A DNA stretch of 64,000 bases from contig NC_043011.1 of the NCBI RefSeq assembly GCF_006345805.1, forward strand, positions 45,210,464-45,274,463, in the 5' to 3' direction. This document shows positions 13,090-27,415 of this stretch, in pieces. Below the pieces are notes generated by a model. It was not told the origin of the DNA. It saw only the letters and a list, made by a program, of their open reading frames with translations, and did not search any database. The stretch is from Octopus sinensis (taxonomy: Eukaryota). Each line of letters begins with the position of its first letter. The first letter of the stretch is position 1. A program made the translations under genes and the position numbers.

Positions 13090-13470
13090 GGAGGCGCAAT
13101 GGCCCAGTGGTTAGGGCAGTGGTCTCGCGGTCATAGGATCGCGGTTTCGATTCCCAGACCGGGCGTTGTGAGTGTTTATTGAGCGAAAACACCTAAAGCT
13201 CTACGAGGCTCCGGCAGGGGATGGTGGTGATCGCTGCTGTACTCTTTCACCACAACTTTCTCTCACTCTTACTTCCTGTTTCTGTTGTACCTGTATTTCA
13301 AAGGGCCGGCCTTGTCACTCTCTGTGTCATGCTGAATATCCCCGAGAACTACGTTAAGGGTGCACGTGTCTGTGGAGAGCTCAGCCACTTACACATTAAT
13401 TTCACGAGCAGGCTGTTCCGTTGATCGGATCAACCGGAACCCTCGTCGTCGTAACCGACAGAGTGCTTCC
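13090..13470 (+). mobile_element. SINE family C (tRNA-derived head GGAGGCGCAATGGCCCAGTGGTTAGGGC..GGTTTCGATTCCC)
   Basis: Copies at about 32990-33372(-), 41170-41553(-) and 62596-62978(-). The same head carries different tails at 57301-57611 and 63538-63832. Possibly one of the known octopus tRNA-derived SINE families (not verified). Confidence 0.8.
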
Positions 13471-13572
13471 ATCCATATATACACAGATGTGTGTGTATAT
13501 ATGTGTGGGTGTGTGTGTGTGTAAGAAAAAGAGATGACACTGGAAAACAATGGTTTTGTTATTAACTTCATT

Positions 13573-13653
13573 AGCTTACAGCTGTTTCTACTATATGATA
13601 CAGTGGACTTTTAGTCAAGTGCCTGAATAACATCCTGTAGCTTCATCAGACCC
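13573..13653 (-). ncRNA. Hammerhead-ribozyme-like motif (type I, palindromic stem III)
   Basis: Minus strand: gggt CTGATGA agctac...tagta GAAA CAGCTG TA agct. Core intact; stems I and II imperfect. Confidence 0.55.
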
Positions 13654-15543
13654 TTGAATATGAGTTCTAAACTAGGTTACCAGTCTCGCAATGCCTAAGC
13701 AATGTGTGTGTGTGTTCGCACAAGCATACACACTCATGCACAAATATAAAGTGAGGGTTGACTATTCACTTTTGTGATGTCCATGCAGAGATGTATATCT
13801 ATGAATGTATTATCTAATGCGTCCATCCCAGCTGTTGTCATAGTTTAGGCCTCTGGGTCGGAACTAATAGTGTGCATCCTCATCATAGCCGTCACTCACA
13901 AGTGAATCACTCGGTTGCTAATACCACACTCCACTCTTGGTTCTCACACCTAAGACCCAGAGGAACTTCAAGGACTTGACAGCTGAAGGGACAAAGGTTT
14001 ACATCAGTACTCAGCTGGGTACCAGCTGAGTAGACTGATTGAACATAACAAAAAATAAAGAGCCTGTTTGAGTACACCTATACAATCAAAGATGTTCCAG
14101 CCATGACCATCCTGTCTTCCTGCTGAACATTGTGCATCTAGGGCTATATCACCCAATGTAATTTTCTTGTTTTCTTCAAAATGAAAGATGGCATAGTGCG
14201 AGCTGAGGGATATTTGGTTGCTATTTTTAGAATGTTGATTAGTCATGTACAGGCTCTCTTGTTGGCACACTCAAATATTTTCCTTTTTAATTTTTTCTTG
14301 TTTGTTTATGAAAGGGTGTGATGAAGAATTTGGTGAGGAATTGAGGCATATAATTTCTAAAATCTGTAGAGACATCTTCAACTGAAGAAGTGATAAAATA
14401 TTTTATTGACAAACAAAAAAATGGGAGAGCAGATATACAACAACAAAAATAAACAAATAATTAAACATACAAACAAACAAATAAATAAATATTCTAAAAG
14501 GAGCTAATGAGAACACATAACGAGAAATTAATGAATTAACGCAAATATTTTCATTCATTAAAATTCTGGAAATAATGTGTTTGTTTGACTTGAAAATAAT
14601 TTTGGAAGTTACTTGATTTATGAAACGGAAAAAAAACAAAACATATTGGATGTGGCTTTTTGGAAAGAAGTTTGCTTCCCAACTACATGGTTCCAGGTTC
14701 CCACTGCATGGTACCTTGGACAAGTGTCTTCTGCTATAGCCCTGGGTCAACTAAAGCCTTGTGAATTTGGTAAATGGACGTTGAAAGAAATCTTATTTCT
14801 TTATTGCCCACAAGGGGCGAAACATAGAGGGGACGAACAAGGACAGACAAAGGGATTAAGTCGATTACATCGACCCCTGTGCATAACTGGTACTTAATTT
14901 ATCGACCCCGAAATGATGAAAGGCAAAGTCGACCTCAGCGGAATTTGAACTCAGAACATAACGGCAGACAAAATACCTATTTCTTTACTACCCACAAGGG
15001 GCTAAGTACAGAGGGGACAAACATGGACACACATGGATTAAGTCGATTACATCGACCCCAGTGCGTAACTGGTACTTAATTTATCGACCCCAAAAGGATG
15101 AAAGGCAAAGTCGACCTCGGTGGATCTTGAACTCAGAACGTAACGGCAGACAAAATACCACTAGGTATTTCGCTCGGTGTGCTAACATTTCTGCCAGCTT
15201 GAAAGAAATCTGTTGTGTGTGTGTGTGCATCTTTGTGTTTGTTGTCCACTGCCACTTCACAACCTGTGTCAGTTTGTTTACATTCCTGTAACATAGTAGT
15301 TCAGCAAAAGAGACCGTAGAATAAGTACTGAGCTTAACAAATAATCAGTAGTGGGGTAGATCTTTTTCAACTGATCCCTTCAAGGCAGTGCCCCACCATG
15401 GCCACAGTCCAATAATTGAAACAAGTAAAAGATAAAGATAGAAGATAACAGATTTTGAATGGAATGGTAAGATTTAGTTCTGACAGAATTGGTAAAATAA
15501 ATGGCTCTGAAGAAATATCTGAAGGTTTCATGAATCGGTGCAA

Positions 15544-15578
<35 letters not shown>

Positions 15579-18500
15579 TGTGTACAGTGCTCAGGTGCAC
15601 TACAACTCATCTAAAGTGTATATATAATCAGGTGTAGTTTCAGAGGATTTCGGAAAGCATGAGGGCCTTAAAGGATGCAGTGTCATGGCAGTCAACAACA
15701 GCCCTGCTGCTAGTGATGATTAAAGAGGAAAAAAGTTAAAAATGTTAAGAATTAATTAATTAATAATTGGAATTAATTAGTTAACAAAAACTGAAGGGGA
15801 TGTAGTCATTTATGCGGTTTCAGGATTTGCTTGAAATAGCACTTAAATTTCCCTCAATTAACATCACACTTCCTTCAAGAAAGGGAGAATATTTAGATAA
15901 TGTAGTCCTAGATACATTATGACCGATTAGTAGATTGGTGTATCCTGGTTGGCACATTTTTTATCATAATCTGCTGAATCAGGACTGACTCAGAGCCAAA
16001 CAACAATAACGAGGAAGAATATTATATAAAATAGTCCTAGTTTCACTATGGCTGAATAAAAGATGGGTTACTTTCAGTTGGAGCATGCCTGATCAGGAGC
16101 TACTGGATCAAGACTAAATTAGGGTTTAACAACTACAACAAAACAACTATAACCACTGATATTAACTAATATATTATACATTAGGCGTAGGAGTGGCTGT
16201 GTGGTAAGTAGTTTGCTTACGAACCACATGGTTCCAGGTTCAGTCCCACTGCGTGGCACCTTGGGCAAGTGTCTTCTACTATAGCCTCGGGCCGACCAAA
16301 GCCTTGTGAGTGGATTTGGTAGACGGAAACTGAAAGAAGCCCGTCGTATATATGTATATATATATATGTATGTGTGTGTATATGTTTGTGTGTCTGTGTT
16401 TGTCCCCCCAACATCGCTGGTGTGTTTACGTCCCCGTAAGTTAGCGGTTCGGCAAAAGTGACCGATAGAATAAGTACTGGGCTTACAAAAGAATAAGTCC
16501 CAGGGTCGAGTTGCTCGATTAAAGGCGGTGCTCCAGCATGGCCGCAGTCAAATGACTGAAACAAGTAAAAGAGAGTAAAGAGTATTAGATCACATAAACC
16601 TACTGTGTCTGACTAAAAGATGGGCCGGTTTCAGTTGGAACATGTCTGATCATAGATCTACTCGATCTGGACTGACCTGGGGTTAAACAACTACAACAAC
16701 ATTAATTATAACCACTGATGTTAATTGCTAATATTATACATTAGATAATGTTGCATTTAAGGCTGATCTCAAGACATTGAGCCTTACGAAGGAGATGACA
16801 ACAGACCGAGGTACCTGGTGCCTTACTGTACCCCAAAAAGGCACCAGCAGATGTGATGCTGGTGCTGGTTCCACATAAAAAGCACCCAGTACACTCTGTG
16901 AAGATTAGTGTTAGGAAGGGAATCCAGCTGCAGAAACCATGCCAGAATAGACAATATAGCCAAGTCTAGGACATTTACCCTCCCATGGACAATAACTCCA
17001 CCAATTACCCCTGAGGACAACAAATGATGACTTAAAACGTCTTAATATATTGAAGAGGGGGTAATTAACCAAGTGGGGTAATTGTCCTAGGGGGTAGTTG
17101 TTGTCGGGGGAATTGTCCTTATACAATATGCCCTGGTGCAGCCCTGGCTTTACCAGCTCCTGCCAATCTGTCTGACCCATACTAGCATAGAGAACAAATG
17201 TTAAATGAAAAGCGATTATAAGGAATGAAAGGGGATGTTGACCCCTGCATCATTTGAACTTAGAACATAAAGTCAGAAGAAATGCAACTAAGCAGTTTTT
17301 CTTGGCATGGTAACAATTCTGATAGCTTACCACTGTACTATATCAACTAATATCCTTTTCTACTCTAGCCACAAGGCCTGACATTTTGGGGGAGGGGGCC
17401 AGTCGATTAGATCGACCCCAGTATGCAACTGGTACTTAATTTATCAACCCCAAAAGGATGAAAGACAAAGTCGACCTCGGTGGAATTTGAACTCAGAATA
17501 TAAAGACAGACGAAATATTGCTAAGCATTTCACCCGGCATGCTAATGTTTCTGCCAGCTTGCTGCCTTGTGTATCCACTAATATTAACTACTGTACTAAG
17601 GCAGTGAGCTGGCAGAATTTTTAGCATGCTGGGCAAAATGCTAAGTAGTGTTTTGTCCCATTTTTACATTCTGAGTAAAGGTCGACTTTACCTATCATCC
17701 TTTCATGGTTGATTGAATAAGTAACAATTGAATAGGCACAGGAGTGGCTGTGTGGTAAGTAGCTTGCTTACCAACCACATGATTCCGGGTTCAGTCCTAC
17801 TGCGTGGCACCTTGGGCAAGTGTCTTCTACTATAGCCTCGGACTGGCCAAAGCCTTGTGAGTGGATTTGGTAGATGGAAACTGAAAGAATCCCGTCGTAT
17901 ATATGTATATGTGTGTTTGTGTGTCTGTGTTGGTCCACCCAACATTGCTTGACAACCGATGCTGATGTGTTTACATCCCCATAACTTAGTGGTTCAGCAA
18001 AAGAGGCCAATAGAATAAGTACTAGGCTTAGAAAGAATAAGTCCCGGGGTCGATTTGCTCGACTAAAGGCAGTGCTCCAGCATGGCCGCAGTCATATGAT
18101 TGAAACAAGTAAAAGAGTAAAATAACAATTGAATGTTAAGATTGATGTAATCAATTTATCTCCTCCCTGAAATTGCTCACCCTGAGCCAAAATTTGAAGC
18201 CAATATCAACTGCTATATTATACATTAGATAATGTATACTTAGATAAACAAAAAGATGAGTTGATTACATCTTTGATCATAGGTCTGTCTGGATCAGGAC
18301 TGACCTAGGGTTAAAACAACTGCCATTAAAATACATAACAAGTTTTTATTACTTTAAAATTATGAAGAAAAATGTGTTTGCAGCCGTAAAATGAGAAATA
18401 ACTTTAGAAAGTTCTAGAGTAAATGAGATTCCAAAAAAATACCTGATTAGTTTAGACGGAATGGTAAGATTTGGAGATTTAACAAGAATTAGAGACATCC

Positions 18501-19046
18501 AGGGTGAACTGAAATATTCTCGTGAGGTAGATTTAATCAAATGTATATTAAATGTTAAAATAATGCAATATATGTGTGAGTGAGTACAGACAGAAGAGAG
18601 TGTGTATAATTAATGCAAAAAAAAAAAAAAGTGACATGTACAGAAGTTGATTAACAATACATTTTCAATACTTAACTCTTACATATACATAAATGTGTGT
18701 ATGTGTGATTGTGTGTGTGTCAGTATTTGTATATATATATATGTTTGTACACTCACAGAGTGGTTGGCGTTAGGAAGGGCATCCAGCTGTAGAAACATTG
18801 CCAGATAAGACCGGAGCCTGGTGCAGCCTTCTGGCTTCCCAGATCCCCGGTCGAACCGTCCAACCCATGCTAACATGGAGAATGGACGTTAAATGATGAT
18901 GATGATGATGATGATATATATATATATTCATTTTTATACTTTTTGAGATCTAGTTATATGTTTTATAAAAATATATTTTATTTGTTATTTATATTTTGGT
19001 TTATGTCTATCACTGTTTGAGTTGCATAATAGTGGTTTTATCTCTA

Positions 19047-19083
<37 letters not shown>

Positions 19084-19144
19084 GGAATATGATTCCAAAC
19101 TTACAGGGAAAAATTCAATTTAGTAATACTAAATCAAATTTCAC

Positions 19145-19862
19145 AATATATAATACATGTATATAAATTAGAGAAGAACCACCATGTAGGTATTCAAAAT
19201 CGTACCATCATCATCATCATCATCGTTAACGTCCGCTTTCCATGCTAGCATGGATTGAACGATTTTGACTGAGGGCTGGCGAACCAGATGGCCACACCAG
19301 GCTCCAATCTTGATCTGGAAGTGTTTCTACTGCTGGATGCCCTTCCTAATGCCAACCACTCTGAGAGTGTAGTGGGTGCTTTTTACATGCCACCGACTCG
19401 GGGCCAGTCAGGTGGTACTGGCAGTGACCTTGCTCAAATCTTTTTACACATGCCACCGGCACAGGTGCCAGTAAGGCGACATTGGTAACAATCACGCTCG
19501 AATGGTGCCCTTTTACGTGCCACCGGCACAGAAGCCAGTTGGCTGCTCTGGCAACGATCATGTTCGGATGGTGCTCTTGGCACCCTACTGCCAGTTGGCT
19601 GCTCTGGCAATGATCACACTCTAATGTTTGAAGGTCGTGCTTCACCACTTATAGAAAAAAATTAAAGATACGATAAAACTTTACCTAGAACTAAATAAAG
19701 TACAAATAATAAATAATAGTATAATTTATTTATTATTTGTACTTTATTTAGTTCTAGGTAAATGTTTTATCGTATATTTAATTTTTTTCTATATGGTATG
19801 ATTTAAGTATATCATTGTTGAATTGCTACATGGTGGTTCTTCTCTAATTTATAAACATGTAT

Positions 19863-19870
<8 letters not shown>
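19145..19870. repeat. AT-rich palindromic element split by a SINE insertion
   Basis: Left arm 19145-19207 plus 19651-19716 pairs with 19725-19870. A family D repeat occupies about 19207-19650. Confidence 0.75.
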
Positions 19871-19903
<33 letters not shown>

Positions 19904-20039
19904 TATACTTATATATATGTGCTAAAATTTGAAATCAGTGTGTGTGTGTTTATACATGTGTATGTATACATATGTATTTATTTACATATAAACATATGTA
20001 TATATATTTACATAATATAGTACACATAAGTATTCACAG

Positions 20040-21080
20040 TATCTTAAGTAATATGGACAGGGGAAAATGAAACTAAAAAGAAATCTAATGAAACGTTTTC
20101 ATGTTCAACGTATTTAAAAGCATTTTGGAGAATCCATAACATTTAGGGCTGTCAGCAGTAAATTGTTTTGCATAGCATTAGAGGTATCAGGAATGAATTG
20201 CAAGTGTGTATGGTAGTGCTGCTCTTGAATATCTGTCTGAATTGAATGAGAAATTTATTGAAGCTCGTGTTTTCTGTTGGTGAACAGATTTTGATAAAAC
20301 AGAATTGTTTTGGAAATAAATCCCAAATATTGGTTATTTGGTAAAGGAAGAGAAAACTGCAGTCTGAATGTTGAAGAAGCCATAGCAGAAATCAATAGAC
20401 TTCATTTACGTCTGGGAATGTCTAGAACAGGCACGAGAAATCTTTTTTTGGGAAGCGAGCCACATGAAACACAGCTCATCAACAGGTGGGCTACATGAGA
20501 CATGACTCATCAACATGTAGGCCACATTATAAAAAAACTTAAAGGTAATATTTCTTGTAAGGTGTGCCATTCAGAAGATCCCATGGACAGCAATTTGCCC
20601 ATGACTGGTCTAGAATAAAGAATGGTAATGTCACAGAATGGCTTGAGGTGTATGATGCTGACCTCAGTGACGAAGACATTTAGAGCAGCAACAAATGTCG
20701 GATGAAGATGATAGGTAAGACGGAGCGGTTGAAGATGGTACAAGATGAAACAGAAGAGGATTGCACAAGATGCGAACCTCAATGTTGCAGACATTTTAAA
20801 TTTGGAGCAGAGAGGGGCATACAATGTGGATAATAATGGCTAAGATGGAACAGTTGAAGAGGTGATGCAGATGAAATAAAGTTCAGTATAAGAACTCAAT
20901 GCAGTTTTTAAGAAGTTTAAAGATGGAACGCACAAGGTTATGGATGCAAATATCTGAATGTAAAAAGAGAGCAATACAAGTGAGACAACAAGTTTAAAAT
21001 GTTCTCGGCTGCAATTGCGGTTAAGTATAAAGAATATGAAATATACACAAAGACAAGCATCTCTTTTGCAATAAAAACAA
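20040..21080 (+). mobile_element. Highly decayed DNA-transposon remnants (hAT/Charlie-like end next to a pogo/Tigger-like C-terminal remnant)
   Basis: ...TTGCCCATGACTG (ends 20607) is followed by GTCTAGAA (Charlie-type NTCTAGAN target). Downstream peptide VTEWLEVYDADLSDEDI resembles the acidic tail of pogo-type transposases. Many stops. Confidence 0.35.
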
Positions 21081-21779
21081 TTTTTCTCAGTAACCTTTGT
21101 TGATTCAAGCCAAGAAAAACTCATAAAACATAAAGCTTTATTGATTTTCATAGTTTTTCTTTTGTGGTAAAAGTGTTTTGGTATTTTAGAAAAATAAGAA
21201 TTTGGTGTCTATTTTTTTTTTGCTATTTTAACATCATCTTTTATCTTTTGCTTGTTTCAGTCATTAGACTGCAGTCATGCTGCAGTACTGTCTAGAAGAA
21301 TTTTTGGTTGTATGAATTGACCCCAGTACTAAAGTTTTTTAAACCTTGTACTTATTCTGTTGGTGTTTTTCTGCCAAACCTCTAAGTTATAGGGATGTAA
21401 ACACACCAACACCAGTTGTCAAGTGGTGACAGGGGACAACACAGGCACAAAGACACACAATATTATGATGACATCTGTGTATCACTCCAGACTTGTTGTG
21501 CTGTATTTTCTGGCATACAAACCAATGTAGCATGTAGTATAAACAGTCAAAGATCAACAAACACTATCTTTCCAAATCCTACTGCATTTCACATGGAATT
21601 TTTGGTCCACCAAAGTTGTCTTGGTATATAAATCACCCTACCATTTACTGGCTGTAAATTTTGGTCTGAAAAATGTTACTTGTGTACTGAAAAATATGGT
21701 ACCAATGATCTGAAAAAGACCTGCAGTCTATCACTGGACACTAATACATCTCTCTCTCTCTCTTTTTCTCTCTCTTCAG

Positions 21780-21832
21780 TTGCTGATACATACGAGGATG
21801 TATTTGTCAAGTACCGAGCATGTCAAGAGGAT
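21780..21832 (+). CDS. SHTN1: SHTN1-like coding exon ([18 protein letters not shown])
   Basis: Long polypyrimidine tract ending ttcAG, GTAAGT donor at 21833, phase 1 to 0. Fits the next exon, but is separated from it by a 23.5-kb intron. Confidence 0.7.
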
Positions 21833-24551
21833 GTAAGTAAACCCTACAGTTTCTCTCTACTTATCTATTGTAATCTCATAAATTGTCACAAGAAATGGCT
21901 AAGTTGGTAGAGGGCTGGATACTGAGAGGTTGAGTGATGAGGTCAATGGTTCACATCCACTCAACAGCTCTGTTCTCTGTCTCTGGTTCAAATCTAACCT
22001 ACATTCTCAAATGGCCCCTATACTCCTTGCTATAAATAGGTACCAAAGCTCAGACACTGTCCTTAACTGTATCTCTAACTAAAAGCATGTGACACAATAT
22101 AATGCAAAAGAATGATTGGGAGGAGGAAGTGGAGGTGGTGGTAGGGAAATAGCCAAGGGACGTCTTCAGCTTGAACAACATATAGTTAAGTTGGAAGCTA
22201 ATATATTGCATGTAATGAAATAAAAAAAAGAAATTGAACTCTCTCAAATGTTTCCAAATGTGGAAGTGTGGTTAAGAAGCTAACCTCCCAACTATGTGGT
22301 CTTGTGTTCAATCCCACGGCATAGCACCTTGGACAAGTGTCTTCTGCAGGCCAACCGAAGTTTTGTGAATGAATTTGGTAGACGGAAACTGAAAGAAGCT
22401 CATCATGTGTATGTGTGTGTGTGAAAGACAGAGAGAGACAAGTAATGCTAGTGTGTTTGCATCCCCGTAACTTAGCGGTTTGGCAAAAGAGACCGATGGA
22501 ATAAGTAGTAGGCTTACAAAAAATAAATCCTGGGGTTGATTTGCTCAACTAAAGGCAGTGCTCCAGCATGGCCAGTCAAATGACTGAAACAAGTAAAAGA
22601 GAGTAAAAGAGAATAATATCCTTGTATATTTAATATATATATATATGGGCACGTGGCTTAGAAGTTAGGGTGTTGCGCTGACAATATAGTGATCGTGATT
22701 TCAATTCCTAGACCGAGTAGTGCATTGTGTTCTTAAGAAAAGCACTTCGGCTTGCGTTGTTCTGCGATCACTTCTATATTTGACACATGGTACACGGTGC
22801 ACCTGTTCAAACAATGTCAATTTGATGGAGAGAGTAAGCTAATCTACAGCACAAAACAGTTGATCACAATAAGCAAATCATTTGTGCAGGTCGTTTGGCA
22901 AAGCTGAATGCTCATACGTCATCTTCGATGGGAGACTCTATCACACACATACACACAATGGGCTTCTTTCAGTTTCTGTCGATCACTCACAAGGTATTGA
23001 TTGGCCCAGGACTATAATGGAAGACACTTGCCCAAAGTGCCACACAATGGAACTGAACCCAGAACCATTTGATTGGAAAACAAACTTCTTACCACTCAGC
23101 CACATCAGCAGCTATATGTGTATGTATGTATGTATGTATATAAGTGTACATATGTGTGTATATATGTGCATATGTATGTATGTGCATCTACTTGTACATA
23201 TGGGTGTATGTATCTATATATATGTAGATGAGTATATGTGCATATGTATGTATGCGTGTTTGCATGTGTATATGTGTGTATGTATGTATCCATGCAAATA
23301 TGCATGTGTGCATGCATCTATGTATGCATGTTCATATGTCTGAATGCATATGTGTGTGTATATATATGTATGTGTGTGTGTGTATACACACATAAATTTC
23401 TAATCTCTGAACTCTAACAAATATGGATTTATTAAAAAAAACAAGCAAACAATAAAGACAGCAAAATACACAACAAACAAACAAACAAACAGCTAAGACA
23501 AATCCCTTTATTTTTGGTTAGTTTATAAATTCCATCAGTTAATGATTAAACAAATAATAAGGGGTTTATCCAGAGGAGATGGATTTAGATCCCTGGATTA
23601 TCTTCTAAACAGATTTGGGATTAAATCTATCATACACACACATACACACACACAAACACATCCCTCCATAAATTATTTGAACCTTGCTGTGATTGGTACA
23701 ATTTGAACTACCCCCCCCCACACCATCACCACCATGACTACTAACCCTAAACCCCGCTATGATTGGTGCTATATGATTCACCCCCCACCACCACCACTTC
23801 CATGTGTGCACACTAAAACCCCTGCTGTGTTCAGTGCAATATGTTCGAAGTTGCCCTCCACAGAACCTTTGCTATGGTTGTTGTTGGCGCGATCTAAACT
23901 CGCTTCAGGTTTTCACCAAACAGGATTTTGGGGTCGGTGGATTCTTCGAAACCATGGCCAGTGGCTACTTCAGTTTTGATGATTTATTCATTTCAACCAA
24001 AAATGTTGTAAGTTCAATTGTTTTCATCCCTCCATTGTTGGTGTTGTTGTGGATGTTGTTGTTGTCATTGAGGTGGTAGACTGACAGAATTGTTTAAATG
24101 TCAGAAGCAATATTTTGTTATGGCTCTAAGACAGAATCATTAGCAAGCCAGGCAAAATGCTTCAGGGTGTATCATCCATCTTTACATTCTGAGTTCAAAT
24201 CCTACCAAGGATTTGACTATACATTTCATCCTTTCATGGTTGATAAAATAAGGACCAGCTGAACATGGGTCAGCATAATTGGCTTACTCGCACATCTGTA
24301 ATTGCTGGCCTTGTGCCAAAATTTGAAATCAGTATTTTGTTATGGCCTGTTATGTTTTAGGTTCAAACATGCATGTATATATATATATTTTTTCTCTCCT
24401 TGTTTCTCACCTTGTTTTTTTTCTGTGTCCCTTTCTGTAGAAGAGCGTAGGCTCGAAACGTAAAAGACTTTTTCAATTCCTGAGCGTTATACTAACACAT
24501 CTGTTTGTTTTATACACCACCTGTCTTCGTCTTTTGTTTTTTTCATGAACC

Positions 24552-24618
<67 letters not shown>

Positions 24619-27368
24619 CATGTGTATATGCATGTATATATATTTACATGTACATACATGTGTGTATATGTATTTAGGAATACTGTAATCCCTCGACTCT
24701 CATGGTTGTTACATTCCAAACCCCTGCCCCCACCGTGATAGGTGAAAATCCGCAAAGTTGGAACAGTACTGTACTGTATATTTATTATTATTTTGATAAT
24801 TTGTATATATTTATTTTATTACGAATGCAAAACAACACCACAGAGTAATCGATGTAAGCTTAAATAATAAACCACCGTGATAGGTGAACCGTGATATGCT
24901 GAGGGATTACTATATATATATATATATATACATACAGACATGTCCACATATATGAATGTATACACACATATATAGGTACATACACATATGGACATATGCA
25001 TATTTGTATACATATATATATATTTATTTGCGTGTGTATCTACATGCTTATGAATGTGTATATATCCGTGTGTGTATATATAAATATTTCATGTACACAT
25101 ACGTGAATGTAAATATTTATATATATATATATATATTTACATGCACATGTATATGTGTGTATGTGTGTCCATATATATATTTACATATATGTGTATGTAT
25201 TAATGTGTGTAAATATATATATTTAGTCGCATGCGTGTGTGTGTGTGTGTGTGTGTGTTACGTGTTTATTTCCATTTATATGTTATTCTGATGTTGCCTA
25301 TATTCTGAAAGTGTCGCATTTCTAACAGATCTTGCCATAAACATGCAACTTTGTGAATTTGTGATGCCAAAATTTATTTCCCTGTTGGCTTTCATGTTAC
25401 ATGGAAGTGTATGAAAAATGCATATCCAATCATGAAATCCCGTGATACAGCAAGATTTTCATGGATACTGACTGCTTCTGTAATATGATGGAAGCCTGTA
25501 CGTGTGTGTGTGTGTGTGTGTGGTGTGTGTGTGTGTGTGTGCATGCGTGCATGCGTGCATGGATTGAGCAATATGGAGGAAAGTTATGTGAGGAAGTGTT
25601 CCTTACTTCACTCTGGTTAGTTTTATAAGCCAGTGATTGGTTGTCTCTTGGAAACCTTTGACCAATAGCCATGTTGTTTACCAATTGTGACATAAAGTAA
25701 ACAGGGAAATAAGTCCTTGTTTAATGACATTGGTTATATACTTTCACCATTGTATTTGGCCTTGTACCTATATATGGTGGCATATGGCATCATGGTTAAG
25801 AGCGTGGGCTACTAACCCCAAGATTCTGAGTTCAATTCCAAGCAGTGACCTGAACAATAATAATAATAATAACAACATCAAAAAATACCTTAGGAATGAC
25901 TACCCAGGTTCGAAATTTCCACAAGATACCTGAAGAAGGCTGGAGGGTATATCAGCCAAAACGTTGTGCTAACAACAAACAAGATGAGGACAACTATCCA
26001 TCGAATGTTAATAATCTAAATAATTCAAATAATGTACATAATTCCTCATCTCTTAAATATAGAACAGTATGAAATTAGTTACCCAATAATAAGAATTCAA
26101 ATAAAGTAACCCTGAAAAGGGCTTTAATGCATTCCCAGAGTATATAGAACATAAGAGGAAATACTAATAAGGTATGTCTACTAAAATCGTGAAGCATGTT
26201 GCATAATAACAGGCTAATCAGATATGAGATGATAACAATTTAAAGTGAATGTCTCTGAAAAGGGCTTTTGTGTGTTCCCAGAGAATATTACCCTCAGGGG
26301 CACTAGTGTTGGTATATTTGTGAATAAGTCACTAACCAAAATAAGTGGATCTATTATTTAGAAAAATACTATAATGAATGGGTTATATCCCTTGGCTATA
26401 TATAAGGATCCCTTCCAGGGTCTCTATTATCGATTTTTTTTTTTCTTCCACAATTTGAGTATGCTATGAGGTTTCCAGACATGAGTTCTACTCGTATCAA
26501 GTTTCATCAAACTCAATAAAACGATGTAGGAGGAGTTAGCTAACAACTCCACAAACACACCCACTGATATATATATATATATCATCATCATCATCATCAT
26601 CATTTAACGTCCGCTTTCCATGCTAGCATGGGTTGGACGGTTCAACTGGGGTCTGGGGAGCCCGAAGGCTGCACCAGGCCAGTCAGATCTGGCAGTGTTT
26701 CTACAGCTGGATGCCCTTCTTAACGCCAACCACTCCGAGAGTGTAGTGGGTGATTTTATGTGCCACCGACACAGGTGCCAGACGAGGCTGGCAAACGGCC
26801 ACGCTCGGATGGTGTTTTTATGTGCCACCGACACAGGTGCCAGACGAGGCTGACGAACGGCCACGATCGGATGGTGTTTCTTACGTGCCCACAGCACGGA
26901 GGCCAGTCGATGCGGTACTGGCTACGGCCACGTTCGGATGGTTTTCTTGTGTGCCACCGGCACTGGTACCACAAAGATACAAATTCCATTGATGTTCATC
27001 TATTTTGATTTGATTTGATTTGATTTGATCACTTGTCTCAACAGGTCTTAATGGAATTTGTATCTTTGTGGTACCAGGGCCGGTGGCACACAAGATAACC
27101 ATCCGAACATGGCCGTAGCCAGTACCGCATCGACTGGCCTCTGTGCTGTGGGCTCATAACAAACACCATCCGATCGTGGCCGTTCGCCAGCCTCGGCACA
27201 TAAAAACACCATCCGAAGACCCGGCAAGACTAGTCAGGCCATAACCCGTGGCCTCTACTTGGGACGTAGTCAGTCCACCTGTGCATACCTTCCTTCTTGT
27301 GACACTTGTGAAGACCTGTTGAGACAAGTGATCAAATCAAATCAAAATAGATGAACATCAATGGAATT

Positions 27369-27415
<47 letters not shown>

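Noticed and set aside
16795-16810. Possible first exon ATGACAACAGACCGAG|GTACCT (phase 1)
   Set aside because: Weak donor, abuts a repeat, and shows no similarity support.
26758-26880. HDV-like ribozyme resemblance (GCCAG-CCTCGT-CTGGC on the minus strand) in family D subrepeats
   Set aside because: Could not build P1, P1.1 and P2 with correct spacing by eye.
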